A stretch of DNA of 64,000 nt, taken from sequence record LR745208.1. The stretch is one strand, 5' to 3'. Shown here piece after piece: positions 28,647 to 38,271 of the stretch. Positions within the stretch are counted from its first letter, which is position 1; every line of letters begins with the position of its first letter. A program made the position numbers and the translations under genes. The notes beneath the pieces were generated by a model. It had not been told where the DNA came from, made no database searches, and saw nothing but the letters and a program-made list of their open reading frames with translations.

Positions 28647-29585
28647 ATGCAACAGTATCTCGACCACCTCACCCACATTTTACAGTGTGGGGACCGGGTT
28701 GCCACCAGGGCTGTCCTTAAGTCCACGGGAAGGCCAGTGGAAGCCATTAGCGTGTTAGGATACCAGAACCGGTATGACCTGCGGGTGGGTTTCCCAGCTG
28801 TCACAACCAAAAAACTGTTCTGGAAGGGGGTGGTGGCCGAGCTACTGTGGTTCCTGGATGGAGATACAAAAGCAAAGACCCTGCAGGACCAGGGGGTCCA
28901 TATATGGGATGGTTGGGTCAAGGACAAAGAAACCACTGACTGTGGGCCAATCTACAGTCAACAGTGGCGGGCCTGGGAAGCACCCCTCAGTGAGGTCGAC
29001 CTACGGATCATGTTTGACCGGGCAAAAGAAGACGCCCCAGATGAGTATGGATTAGGGTCTTTTTTCACCTATGCCCTCAAGCATCGAACCCATAAGGTAG
29101 ACCAAATCGCCAACCTACTTGCTGGTATTGAGGCTGTGAAGGCGGACCCTAATGCCAGTATCGGAAGGCGGTTGATCGTGACCGCCTGGAACCCAGCGGA
29201 CATCGATAGGATGGGGCTTCCTGCGTGTCACTCCCTTTTTCAGATGACCGTCCGAAACGGTGGGCTCTACTGCCACATGTATCAACGGTCAGCGGACATG
29301 CTGTTGGGAGTACCCTTCAACATCGCTAACTATGCACTGTTGACACATATGGTGGCTCAAGTAACAGGCCTGGAGGCAAGAGAATTCATCCACACTTTCC
29401 ATGACAGCCATGTCTATTCAAACCATATGGAACAGGTCACAGAGCAACTCTCCCGAGAGCCACGACCCCTCCCGACCTTGAGGCTCAACCCCTCAATCAA
29501 ACGACTTGGGGACTTCAAGCTGGGTGATATTGAGCTAGTAGGCTATGACCCGCACCCCGCCATCAAGGCAGAGGTAGCAATCTAA
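28647..29585 (+). CDS. thyA: Thymidylate synthase
   Basis: FPAVTTKKL, ELLWFL, RRLIVTAWN, LPACH, YQRSADMLLGVPFN, HVYSNH. Confidence 0.96.
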   Translation: MQQYLDHLTHILQCGDRVATRAVLKSTGRPVEAISVLGYQNRYDLRVGFPAVTTKKLFWKGVVAELLWFLDGDTKAKTLQDQGVHIWDGWVKDKETTDCGPIYSQQWRAWEAPLSEVDLRIMFDRAKEDAPDEYGLGSFFTYALKHRTHKVDQIANLLAGIEAVKADPNASIGRRLIVTAWNPADIDRMGLPACHSLFQMTVRNGGLYCHMYQRSADMLLGVPFNIANYALLTHMVAQVTGLEAREFIHTFHDSHVYSNHMEQVTEQLSREPRPLPTLRLNPSIKRLGDFKLGDIELVGYDPHPAIKAEVAI

Positions 29586-29586
29586 C

Positions 29587-30954
29587 GTGACTTTCAAGGT
29601 TCGGGTACAGGATTTCCAAAGCATCGCTGACGCAGAGATTGAAGTCTCTGGCCTGACCGTGATAACAGGTGGAAATAACAGCGGAAAAACGGCATTAAAC
29701 AGGGCTATCTACGGTGCCTTCACCAACACCAAGGGCAGCTCATTCGTCCGACATGGGAAGGACAACTGTGCCGTCACTCTCACATTTGGCGATGGTAAGT
29801 CGGTCACTTGGGAGAAGGGGGCCAAGCACAACCGGTACACCCTCGATGGCAAGGTCCTCAACAAGGTGGGACAGGGGGCACCAGCGGAGCTGAGCACTTT
29901 AGGGGTGGCTCCCGTACTGGCAGCTGGGAGAGAGATATGGCCCCAATTCGCCCAACAGTTCGTCGGACAGGTGTTCCTATTGGACCAACCTGGATCCGTG
30001 TTGGCCGAGTCAATTGCGGATGTAGATCGGGTAGGGGTCCTGAACGAAGCCCTTCGAATGGCCCAATCCGATCGGAGGTCTCTGGCATCAGAACTCAAGG
30101 TGCGGCAGGGAGATATTGTTCGTCTAGAAACCCAAGAGAAGATCTTCGATGGCCTGGACAGGGCAGCCATGCTTGTCAAGGATGCCAGAGATAGCCATGC
30201 CAGGGTGAGGGTCCAACAAGATGGGTTGGCGGCCCTCCGTAAGTTGCAGGACCAGATGCACTCCCTCAAGGAGCTTCTGCATACCCTGGGGCCTGTAAAA
30301 GATCTCAAGCTACCTGAGGACAAGGCACTTCAACGTATCACCCGGGGGTTGGTAGAGGGAATAAAGCTTCGGGAAACCCGAGACTCAATTGCCTCCCTTG
30401 GAATTCTACTGGGGACCCTCACTTTGGTCAAGGCAATACAGCTACCTGGGGCTAATGTAACCCAGGACCTACTCCACACGGCAGAGGGTCTGACGAAGCT
30501 TGGGGCGATGTCAACGAATCTCAGGACACTTTCCACTACCATCAAGGCTCTGTCGCCCATCCGGGAGATCCATGTTCCACAAGAGGATGTCCTGGCTCGC
30601 CCAACAAAAATCAGTCAAGCAATTGGACTGATCTCCTCCATCCGGGACAGGATAGCCCCCCTCACCAAGCTCCTGGATCAGAGCGGTGGACATCGGAAGG
30701 TATTAGGTGAATTGTCCCTGCCCAATCCAATTCCTCTCCAGGTCCCACTGGGGGAGCTAACCACGTTCCGGCGCATTGCTGAAACGGCATCCTCCCTGTT
30801 GGGTACAGTGAAAGACCTTAGACAAGAACTTGCCCAATTGAGCAAGGGACATGAGGAATCAACCCACCAAGTCAAGGACCTACTTGGGGGTCTGGGCGAC
30901 TGCCCAGTCTGTGGGTCCCTACCAGGAACAAAATGCTCAAAGCCCTCATCCTAG
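29587..30954 (+). CDS. SbcC/Rad50-like ATPase, N-terminal half (Walker A, coiled coil, Zn hook)
   Basis: VQDFQSI, ITGGNNSGKT, Q-loop FAQQF, long coil, terminal CPVCG; no Walker B. Confidence 0.85.
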   Translation: MTFKVRVQDFQSIADAEIEVSGLTVITGGNNSGKTALNRAIYGAFTNTKGSSFVRHGKDNCAVTLTFGDGKSVTWEKGAKHNRYTLDGKVLNKVGQGAPAELSTLGVAPVLAAGREIWPQFAQQFVGQVFLLDQPGSVLAESIADVDRVGVLNEALRMAQSDRRSLASELKVRQGDIVRLETQEKIFDGLDRAAMLVKDARDSHARVRVQQDGLAALRKLQDQMHSLKELLHTLGPVKDLKLPEDKALQRITRGLVEGIKLRETRDSIASLGILLGTLTLVKAIQLPGANVTQDLLHTAEGLTKLGAMSTNLRTLSTTIKALSPIREIHVPQEDVLARPTKISQAIGLISSIRDRIAPLTKLLDQSGGHRKVLGELSLPNPIPLQVPLGELTTFRRIAETASSLLGTVKDLRQELAQLSKGHEESTHQVKDLLGGLGDCPVCGSLPGTKCSKPSS

Positions 30955-31190
30955 CCAGCTTGGCCTTTTCAACCTGTCACCAGACGGGTGTTGTAGCTCC
31001 AACAGGGGGCTGCCAGCAAGGGGCTACGACCTGTATTGACAACCGGCCCTATGCTTGTGGCAGTAACGCCTGGAGGCCCATTGGGGACTTCGCCTGCCCT
31101 GCACTCGGTGTGGGTATCATCTGCTGTCCGGCTCCGAGTGGAGTGCATGCATGTTTGCCAAGAGCCTACTGCGGAGGAATAACCCAATGA
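30933..31190 (+). CDS. Small Cys-rich secreted or lipoprotein-like protein
   Basis: Signal-like N-terminus; 9 Cys in 85 aa. Confidence 0.6.
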   Translation: MLKALILASLAFSTCHQTGVVAPTGGCQQGATTCIDNRPYACGSNAWRPIGDFACPALGVGIICCPAPSGVHACLPRAYCGGITQ

Positions 31191-31420
31191 GTGACGACAA
31201 TTTCGACGATGATGATGGTGAGATGCTGGATGCCATGGCAGCCCTCCAGGTGGCCCTGGCCGAATGTACGGAGGTAGGCCAGCTGGCACTCCTAATAGGA
31301 CTCCTGGCAGGTCTGGCCCCCGTCTATGGGCTGACCCAAGATGATGTGGTTCTGCAACTTAAGAAGGCATGGCCCCTTATGGAAAATGCCCTCGTGGTAC
31401 CCGGCGAAACGATCAACTGA
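31187..31420 (+). CDS. small acidic hypothetical protein
   Basis: ATGA overlap with the previous stop. Confidence 0.6.
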   Translation: MSDDNFDDDDGEMLDAMAALQVALAECTEVGQLALLIGLLAGLAPVYGLTQDDVVLQLKKAWPLMENALVVPGETIN

Positions 31421-31431
31421 AGGGCAGGCAC

Positions 31432-32043
31432 ATGACTGACACAGTACTTCTCGCCCAGGCCGCAGAAGGCCTTGTGGGATACCTCAAGTCCCAAATCAAC
31501 TTCACCATCTCCAACAAAGAGGATTCCCCTATCATGAAGGCAATTGCCTTGGGGATGGATCTGGCCCGTAACTTTAGTTCCTCCCTACCGACTGGGGACT
31601 CCTTCATGCAGGAGTATGCCACCACCGCCGCAACGGACATCTACCTCCCCAAGCTGGTTCGAGACAACCCCTATTACATGATATCGGTGGTCACCCATGA
31701 GGCCCAGCATGTGCTCCAATTCCAGGACACAGGGGTTGAGTTTGCGTGGTACTACCTCGTAGATAATGCGGCCCGAGCTCAGTTCGAGGCGGACGCCTAT
31801 GCCTCAGGGACTGCGGTCAGCACATGGTTGACGGGCCAACCAGGATCGGACTACATCCCAGGAATCCTTGAATCCTTGATTGTAGGCTACCATCTCAAAG
31901 CCGAGGATATCACCTACGCAGAGGCGGCGTTGCAGTCCCACATCACATCTCTGGCCGCCGGAGTCCTTACAACCCGTACTGCCCGCATGTCCATTGGCTA
32001 CCTGGAACAGAACTTCCCCCAACTGAAGGGCACCGTCGCGTGA
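31432..32043 (+). CDS. HExxH zincin-like protein
   Basis: VVTHEAQHV followed by RAQFEADAY. Confidence 0.6.
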   Translation: MTDTVLLAQAAEGLVGYLKSQINFTISNKEDSPIMKAIALGMDLARNFSSSLPTGDSFMQEYATTAATDIYLPKLVRDNPYYMISVVTHEAQHVLQFQDTGVEFAWYYLVDNAARAQFEADAYASGTAVSTWLTGQPGSDYIPGILESLIVGYHLKAEDITYAEAALQSHITSLAAGVLTTRTARMSIGYLEQNFPQLKGTVA

Positions 32044-32245
32044 GTGGAACACTTCCCGATGCAGAGAACCCTTGGGTACTTCACCGGGGGATAGCCGGGA
32101 GGTCCTCAAGGGCCTCCCCGACAACTCGGTTGATGCAGTCGTGACTGACCCCCCGTATGAGTTATCGAACGACGGTAAGGCAAGCCCCGTAAGGGTCGCG
32201 TTTGAACTCATGCTTGAGGACCTGTTCGGGTTTAGGGAAGGCTAG
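32040..32245 (+). pseudogene. Truncated, frameshifted DNA methyltransferase remnant
   Basis: GTG start gives ..PWVLHRG; after a 1-nt shift in the G5 run (32086-90) it reads DSREVLKGLPDNSVDAVVTDPPY.. and stops at 32245; motif I absent. Confidence 0.8.
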
Positions 32246-32251
32246 TCGGTC

Positions 32252-32983
32252 ATGGGTGGGGTTGCAATAAGAAACTTGGGTCCGGGTACGAAGTACCCCT
32301 GTACTAGGGATATGGCAAGACAGCAGGACAATCCACTATATTTCACTGGGAAACCATGCCCGAAGGGGCACATAACTGTTCGGTACACCTCGAACGGCGG
32401 TTGCCGAGCCTGCTTATCCCCCAAATGGGGGGCATCTTACACCCCTCTCCCTATAGGATTTCAAGAGGCACCCCTACCACCAGTCCCTTTGGGACTAAGA
32501 CTATGTAGACGGGGGCTCCATATGTTTGTGGGTCGGACTTGTGGGGAGTGCCGAAAGCAATCAAACCAGGAATGGAACAGGCTATACAAGAATGAAACCC
32601 AGGGGTTAAGGTACCTCAGATTCCGGAAGTTTGTAAGGAACCTAAGGGAAAACACACCTTGTATGGATTGTCAGTGCACCTTCCCCTGGTACGTGATGGA
32701 ATTTGACCATCGAGATGGACATAATGAGGACTATATCTCCATAGCCCGTCTTACAGGGATGGGGAATATGGACCGCCTCAAGAGGGAAATTGCCAAGTGT
32801 GATTTGGTTTGCGCCATCTGTCATAAGATTCGCACATATACACGAGCAATAGCATCTGGGAGAATGAAGGACGTTGACTTTGAGGGATTTGATTTTGACC
32901 TCCCAGTCCCTCGGGCACACCACCCCAAGAGGAAGAATCTAGACTCCAAATCAACTACCCCCCCAGCCTCCAAGAAGGACTGA
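32252..32983 (+). CDS. HNH endonuclease
   Basis: YFTGKPCPKGH..CRAC; CMDC..MEFDHRD..KCDLVCAICHKIRT. Confidence 0.85.
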   Translation: MGGVAIRNLGPGTKYPCTRDMARQQDNPLYFTGKPCPKGHITVRYTSNGGCRACLSPKWGASYTPLPIGFQEAPLPPVPLGLRLCRRGLHMFVGRTCGECRKQSNQEWNRLYKNETQGLRYLRFRKFVRNLRENTPCMDCQCTFPWYVMEFDHRDGHNEDYISIARLTGMGNMDRLKREIAKCDLVCAICHKIRTYTRAIASGRMKDVDFEGFDFDLPVPRAHHPKRKNLDSKSTTPPASKKD

Positions 32984-32988
32984 ATCCA

Positions 32989-33771
32989 ATGGCAAACCCA
33001 AACATTACCTCCCTGAACTACATCATTGACAGGTCTGGTTCCATGAACCACCTGAAGCCTGAGACGGTGGGTGCCTTCAACAAGCTCTTGGAGGACCAGA
33101 AGAAGATGCCCGGCGAGGTGATCTTCTCACTTACCCTGTTCGATGACAAGGTAGTGGCCCTTCACGACTCCATCCCCCTCAAGGATGTGCCCCCACTCAC
33201 GGAGGAGACCTATTGGGAGGGAGGTGGTGGCTGGACTGCGTTGAGGGATGCTGTAGGGATGACCACACAGCGGGTGTGGGATCGTATTGCAGCACTCCCT
33301 GATGCGGTCAAGCCCGGTAAGGTCCTGTTCACGATCATCACAGATGGTGAGGAGAACAAGTCCACAGAGTATGACACCAAGAAGCTCCTGGCCCTTGTCG
33401 AGATGGCCCGTAAGGAGTGGCAGTTCGAGTTTACCATGATTGGTGCCAACATCAATTCGATGACCACGGCTACCAACATGGGGTTCTCGGCCAGCAATGC
33501 TATCAACTTCAACGCCCAAAAGGGAGGGATGAATCAAGCCATCCGTGCCGCCAGCATTGGCACCAGGGCCTACCGGAGCCAAGGTGGTAGCTCGGTGCAG
33601 AGCTTTTATACCGCTAGTTGCAATGTGGCAGACCTGTCGGCTGACGACTCTGTTCTCGAAGCCCAGATGTTTGCTTCGATGACTAGCACTGGTACACCAG
33701 TCCCCTCGGTGATTGTGACACCTTCTCTCATCCTTCCCATTGATCCCAACATGGTGGTCAAGGACAAGTAG
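32989..33771 (+). CDS. von Willebrand factor A domain protein
   Basis: IIDRSGSM (MIDAS), TALRDA, ITDGEEN. Confidence 0.9.
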   Translation: MANPNITSLNYIIDRSGSMNHLKPETVGAFNKLLEDQKKMPGEVIFSLTLFDDKVVALHDSIPLKDVPPLTEETYWEGGGGWTALRDAVGMTTQRVWDRIAALPDAVKPGKVLFTIITDGEENKSTEYDTKKLLALVEMARKEWQFEFTMIGANINSMTTATNMGFSASNAINFNAQKGGMNQAIRAASIGTRAYRSQGGSSVQSFYTASCNVADLSADDSVLEAQMFASMTSTGTPVPSVIVTPSLILPIDPNMVVKDK

Positions 33772-33777
33772 CCCCGC

Positions 33778-34755
33778 ATGTCTGTGACTCTCATTTGGCG
33801 GACTGACCTTCACCTGTCGGACCAGACACCCCGTTCCCGCAAGGACGATTGGACATCCACGGTTCTCGGTAAGATTGCCCAAATCGGGGATCTTGCCAGG
33901 ACCATGGGGGCCCATGCAGTCCTGGACGGAGGGGATTTCTTCGACATCAAGGCCCCTGCCAGGAACTCACACGCTCTAGTCCGTCGAGCCATGGCTGCCC
34001 ATCAGGGATATCCATGTCCCGTCTACGCCAACGTGGGTAACCACGATTGTGTCTATGGGGACTACAGCTACCTCCCCCAGCAACCCCTTGGGGTGCTCTT
34101 CGAGGCAGGGACCTTCAAGAGACTGTATGATGAGCATGAGCTAGTCATCAATCAAGGTGGGGTGATGGTCAGGGTCGTGGGGGTCCCCTATCACGGGGTC
34201 AAATATGATCTGTCGCGGCTGGCCAAGATCACGCGGGGCAAGGAGGACTACCTTGTAGTAGCCGCCCACCTGCTAGCGTCCCCTACCACATCTACTATGT
34301 TCGAGTCAGAAGACGTGATCCAATACAAGGAACTGGATCAGTATCCAGCCATAGATGTAGCTATGTTTGGACACTGGCATAAGGACCAGGGGATCACCAA
34401 GACACCGGGTGGCAAGACCGTGGTGAACATTGGGTCCCTTACTCGTGGGTCCCTCTCTCAAGATGACCAAGACCGAGTGCCATCTGTGGCGGTACTCCGG
34501 TTTACCAAAGAGGGCTTGGATATCTCCAAGGTCCCGCTCCAGTACGCCCCTGCCAGTGATGTGTTTGACCTTGAGACCAAAGAGACGGAAGAACTCAAGA
34601 GCACCATGTTAGAGGAGTTCGTCGGACACCTTCAACAGGTTCTCACCCCAGGCAATAAGGTACCCCTTCGGGACATTGTAAGGGACCTACCTGATATCCC
34701 CTCTCCAGTGAGAGAAAAAGCAATGGGTTACATTGAGGCGGCCGGTGGGCGATAG
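33778..34755 (+). CDS. SbcD/Mre11-like metallophosphoesterase
   Basis: TDLH, GGDFFD, GNHD, FGHWH, NIGSL. Confidence 0.88.
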   Translation: MSVTLIWRTDLHLSDQTPRSRKDDWTSTVLGKIAQIGDLARTMGAHAVLDGGDFFDIKAPARNSHALVRRAMAAHQGYPCPVYANVGNHDCVYGDYSYLPQQPLGVLFEAGTFKRLYDEHELVINQGGVMVRVVGVPYHGVKYDLSRLAKITRGKEDYLVVAAHLLASPTTSTMFESEDVIQYKELDQYPAIDVAMFGHWHKDQGITKTPGGKTVVNIGSLTRGSLSQDDQDRVPSVAVLRFTKEGLDISKVPLQYAPASDVFDLETKETEELKSTMLEEFVGHLQQVLTPGNKVPLRDIVRDLPDIPSPVREKAMGYIEAAGGR

Positions 34756-34774
34756 TCACATGGTACAGTAGAAT

Positions 34775-35785
34775 ATGCGACGTGGGGGTAGACTGTATTT
34801 TTCTCCCTGGGAATCCTATACCGCTTGCCCTCGCAAGTTCCTTTGGAACTCGGGGTTCGGTGAAATCAACGTTGGGGGTGGACCAGGGCGCCCGAAGCCC
34901 AAGCCTGTTCCTGATTCCAGGCATGACGCCGTCATGGGACTGGTTATTGGCTCTGCCATTGAGCATCTCTACAATGATGAGTTGTACAAGACCCCTACTA
35001 CCCTGGTGAAGGAACTGGAGACCCGGGTCCGCCGAGAGTTCCAGCTAGCCCTAGGCGAGAACTTCATTGATTGGGGACGGTCCCCCCCCAAGGAGGAGTT
35101 GCTCCAAACTTGTCTTGACGGTGCTCTTGGGTTCCTCAAGACCATGAAGACCAATAAGCTCTTGGGTCCATATGCCAAGGCAGAGCTAGACATCACTACG
35201 TTTTTGGACAAGTACACCCCAATTGGTGGCCGTCCAGACATCATCATTCGGCGGGATGACACCGGGGTCGGGATCTATGATGGCAAAAATGCTAAGACCC
35301 CTGGGCGATATACCAACCCGGATCAGTTGAAGTGGTATGCCCTGTGTTTCTACTTGGCCTACCAAGTTCTCCCCAGCAAGCTGGCCTTCGTGTACTTCCG
35401 GTATCCAGAGGGAACACCCCCCAAGGACCATGATTCCACCAAGCCATGGACGGGATTGGTGGAGGTACCCGCCACCAAAGATGACTTAAAGGAACTCGCG
35501 GTCAGGATCAAGAAGACCTATCGGGCCATTGAGAATGAACAATTTGATCCCACCCCCTCTCCAACTGGGTGCAAATATTGCCCCTATGAGACGGTGTGTG
35601 ACGCTAGAATAGCCCAGAAGGCAGCCAACTCCAGACATAGGAAGTCCCTGCCAGTGGTCGGCTCCACGGAAGAGATGCTGGAAACAGCAATGGGGATTGT
35701 GGAATTTGGCTTTCAGAGCAGCAAGCCAATTGAGCCCACGGAATCGACATCGGGTCTTGTCGAACTCGATTTTTCCAAGCCCTAA
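34775..35785 (+). CDS. PD-(D/E)XK nuclease (RecB/Cas4-like) with a Cys cluster
   Basis: CPRK, GRPDII..IYDGK, QLKWYA, CKYCPY..C. Confidence 0.88.
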   Translation: MRRGGRLYFSPWESYTACPRKFLWNSGFGEINVGGGPGRPKPKPVPDSRHDAVMGLVIGSAIEHLYNDELYKTPTTLVKELETRVRREFQLALGENFIDWGRSPPKEELLQTCLDGALGFLKTMKTNKLLGPYAKAELDITTFLDKYTPIGGRPDIIIRRDDTGVGIYDGKNAKTPGRYTNPDQLKWYALCFYLAYQVLPSKLAFVYFRYPEGTPPKDHDSTKPWTGLVEVPATKDDLKELAVRIKKTYRAIENEQFDPTPSPTGCKYCPYETVCDARIAQKAANSRHRKSLPVVGSTEEMLETAMGIVEFGFQSSKPIEPTESTSGLVELDFSKP

Positions 35786-35801
35786 ACAGTGTAAGGGATT
35801 C

Positions 35802-36086
35802 ATGGCCACCAACAGTGAACTCAAGGCTCGCCTTGACGCCGGTGTCAAGAAGCGTGATGAGCTGGCACAGAAGATCCAGCGCATTCTAGGTCGTATTGAG
35901 GAAGCCGAGAGGTCTTTGGCTGTACTCCACGAGGAGTGCAAGGCCAAGAACATTGACCCCAATAGGATTGACGAAGTGATTGCCAAGCTGGAGAAATCCT
36001 TGGCAGACTCTATTACCCAACTCGAAACCCAACTCAGTGATGCCGAAAAGGCTCTCGAACCGTTCAGCTCAACAGGAATCAAGTAA
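35802..36086 (+). CDS. Small coiled-coil protein
   Basis: 94 aa, heptad pattern throughout. Confidence 0.75.
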   Translation: MATNSELKARLDAGVKKRDELAQKIQRILGRIEEAERSLAVLHEECKAKNIDPNRIDEVIAKLEKSLADSITQLETQLSDAEKALEPFSSTGIK

Positions 36087-36088
36087 AC

Positions 36089-37222
36089 ATGACAACACTC
36101 GAAATCAATAGCTCCGATCTAGCAACCGCTCTCAAGGTCTGTGGGATCACAGTATCCGCAGGAAGTGAGCTGACCTCACACTATGTGTTCCGGGCCGTGG
36201 ATGGGAGACTGGAAGTCCTCTCGTATGACGGGCACACCTTCTCGTCATGCCCAGTGGCCAATGCCATGGTGCCTGAGGACAGCACCTTCACGATTGAGGC
36301 CAAGAGGGTGAAGCACCTGCTGGATGCTATTGGGATCAATCAGGTGATGAAGGTCAACCATGGGGGGGGAGAGACAACCATCACATCCCCCATGGGCAAG
36401 AACATCTTCTCCTCGCTGGATGCAGCGGCATTCCCCTTCTGGGACACCCTGCTGAAGGATGCCAAGCCTACTGCATCGGTCATGGCAGAGAGTCTCCTGA
36501 ATGCTTTCACCCATGCCAAGATGTTCGTCTACGAGCAAGAGGCCAAGGCCCCCCACCTGTGTGTGGCGGAATTCCGTGGTGGGTGTCTTTACTCAACCGA
36601 CCAGATGGCCGTGTCGATCATCAAGGTCAATGAGATGGATAATGCCACCCTCCGGGTCCATGGCCCGGACCTGCCCAAGCTCATTGCCTTCCTCTCTAAT
36701 GCAGGGGACGGGACCATTGAGGTTCTAGAAAGTGAGCGGGCATCCTTCCTCCGTCGTGGGGATGGGGCAGTGTTCGGTGAGACCGTGTTCCAGCATAAGT
36801 TCCCAGACATCCATGTGGACTGGTCGTTGGAAGATGACCGGTGGTGGGAACTCAATATCAAGGACATCCAGTCCGCAGTGGCCTTCCTGGCAGCAGGAGC
36901 TAAGTGGGAGGATGATTGCCTCCAGCTGACGCAAAGCACCACTACAGAAGTGGTACTCTCGATGACGTCGGTGAGTGGCAAGCCACTTACTGTTCCACTC
37001 AAGCTCCAGGACTCTGGGGTGCGCGGTGGTGGTACCTTGAGTGAGGATCCCCTGCATTTTGCCATGTCCAGCCAATACCTTCTTCGGATGCTCAAGGGAA
37101 ACACCAAGGACAACGTTCGTCTCGGGGTGAGCAAAAAGGGTGGTGGGGGATGGGTCCGTGCTCGGACAGACCGTGCCAAGGACTCCTATCTGACCACGGT
37201 TGCATGGCGGAAGAGCGCCTAA
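36089..37222 (+). CDS. dnaN: DNA polymerase III beta sliding clamp-like protein
   Basis: 377 aa, three-domain pattern (LEVLSYDG, AAAFP, LYSTD, HKFPD, FAMSSQYL); next to other replisome genes. Confidence 0.75.
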   Translation: MTTLEINSSDLATALKVCGITVSAGSELTSHYVFRAVDGRLEVLSYDGHTFSSCPVANAMVPEDSTFTIEAKRVKHLLDAIGINQVMKVNHGGGETTITSPMGKNIFSSLDAAAFPFWDTLLKDAKPTASVMAESLLNAFTHAKMFVYEQEAKAPHLCVAEFRGGCLYSTDQMAVSIIKVNEMDNATLRVHGPDLPKLIAFLSNAGDGTIEVLESERASFLRRGDGAVFGETVFQHKFPDIHVDWSLEDDRWWELNIKDIQSAVAFLAAGAKWEDDCLQLTQSTTTEVVLSMTSVSGKPLTVPLKLQDSGVRGGGTLSEDPLHFAMSSQYLLRMLKGNTKDNVRLGVSKKGGGGWVRARTDRAKDSYLTTVAWRKSA

Positions 37223-37858
37223 TTGAGTTCTGAAGAGCGCCTGGGATCACTCACGGAGGCGGTGCAACTGGCTCAGGGGCGACGGGAAGAGGTCCGTCGC
37301 TCCCTGGCTGACGCCAAGAGCACCGCTTTGCAGATTGAGAATGACATTCAGGTGCTCGACCACGTGACCGCCCTTCTCCGTACCTTAGTGGATGCAGAGA
37401 TTACTGAGGGGGTCAAAGCCATTGAGGTTCTTCAATCCGAGGGTGTCAGGGCTGTGTTCACGGATCAGGACATCCAGGTTCGAGCGGATGTGGAGGTTTC
37501 AAGGGGAAAGGTCAATGTTTCCCTGATTACCTCCCAGCGAAAAGAGAATGGGGATCTCATCGAAGGGATGAGCCTGGACGGATTTGGGGGGGCTGTAACG
37601 ACGGTACAGTCAATACTGCTCAGGCTGGCTCTCATTTTTCGTAGGGGGCTCAGGCCGGTACTGTTCTTGGATGAGACCCTTCCTGCTTTCGATGACAAGT
37701 ATGTACACAACATGGCAGCCTTTTTGAAGGTACTGTGTCATCGGATGGGGGTGGACATTCTGCTCGTCACCCACAACCCCACGTTGGTAGATGCTGGGGA
37801 TCGGGCATACAGGATTAAGAAAGACAGTGGGGCAGCAACGTTTCAACGGATATTCTAA
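37223..37858 (+). CDS. SbcC/Rad50-like ATPase, C-terminal half
   Basis: Short coil, signature-like DGFGGA, Walker B LFLDE, D-loop AFD, H-loop LVTH; no Walker A. Confidence 0.85.
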   Translation: MSSEERLGSLTEAVQLAQGRREEVRRSLADAKSTALQIENDIQVLDHVTALLRTLVDAEITEGVKAIEVLQSEGVRAVFTDQDIQVRADVEVSRGKVNVSLITSQRKENGDLIEGMSLDGFGGAVTTVQSILLRLALIFRRGLRPVLFLDETLPAFDDKYVHNMAAFLKVLCHRMGVDILLVTHNPTLVDAGDRAYRIKKDSGAATFQRIF

Positions 37859-37872
37859 GAGAGGGATCAGAC

Positions 37873-38271
37873 ATGAAGGGCATTTGGTATCGTTATTTGG
37901 CAGCGGTCATGCTGGTAGGATGTGTGGCAGTCAACCGTGACTGTGCCTCTTGCATGGCCGAGAACTGGGTGGTGGTGCAACTGGACTTGTTTGGTAACCC
38001 CTTCCGATGCTGGGAATTACAGAACGTTGGAATTGTCAATGAGGACAAATCTGACGGCATCTTCTGGCAAGACACCAATAACCTTGTCCACATTTCCGGC
38101 GCCTACAATCGTGTCCAGGTCGTTAACCGACACTGGGACGAAGCCTTCCAAGCCTTGGGCCTTACACAGGCTCGATGCCGTGAAATTCGACAGACAGTTC
38201 GTGACGTGAATCCACCACCAGCCTCCCCCCAACAACCAGAAAGTCGACCCTCCTATGCAGACCATCAGTAG
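37873..38271 (+). CDS. putative lipoprotein
   Basis: Lipobox-like MLVGC after a hydrophobic signal. Confidence 0.55.
   Translation: MKGIWYRYLAAVMLVGCVAVNRDCASCMAENWVVVQLDLFGNPFRCWELQNVGIVNEDKSDGIFWQDTNNLVHISGAYNRVQVVNRHWDEAFQALGLTQARCREIRQTVRDVNPPPASPQQPESRPSYADHQ

Noticed and set aside
32086-32090. Programmed frameshifting at the G5 run (and the C run at 61134-37)
   Set aside because: Both products would still lack catalytic parts; decay or a homopolymer sequencing error is simpler.
34775-35785. Cas4 linked to the CRISPR-like repeats
   Set aside because: It lies 20 kb away in a recombination operon; stand-alone PD-(D/E)XK nucleases are common in phages.
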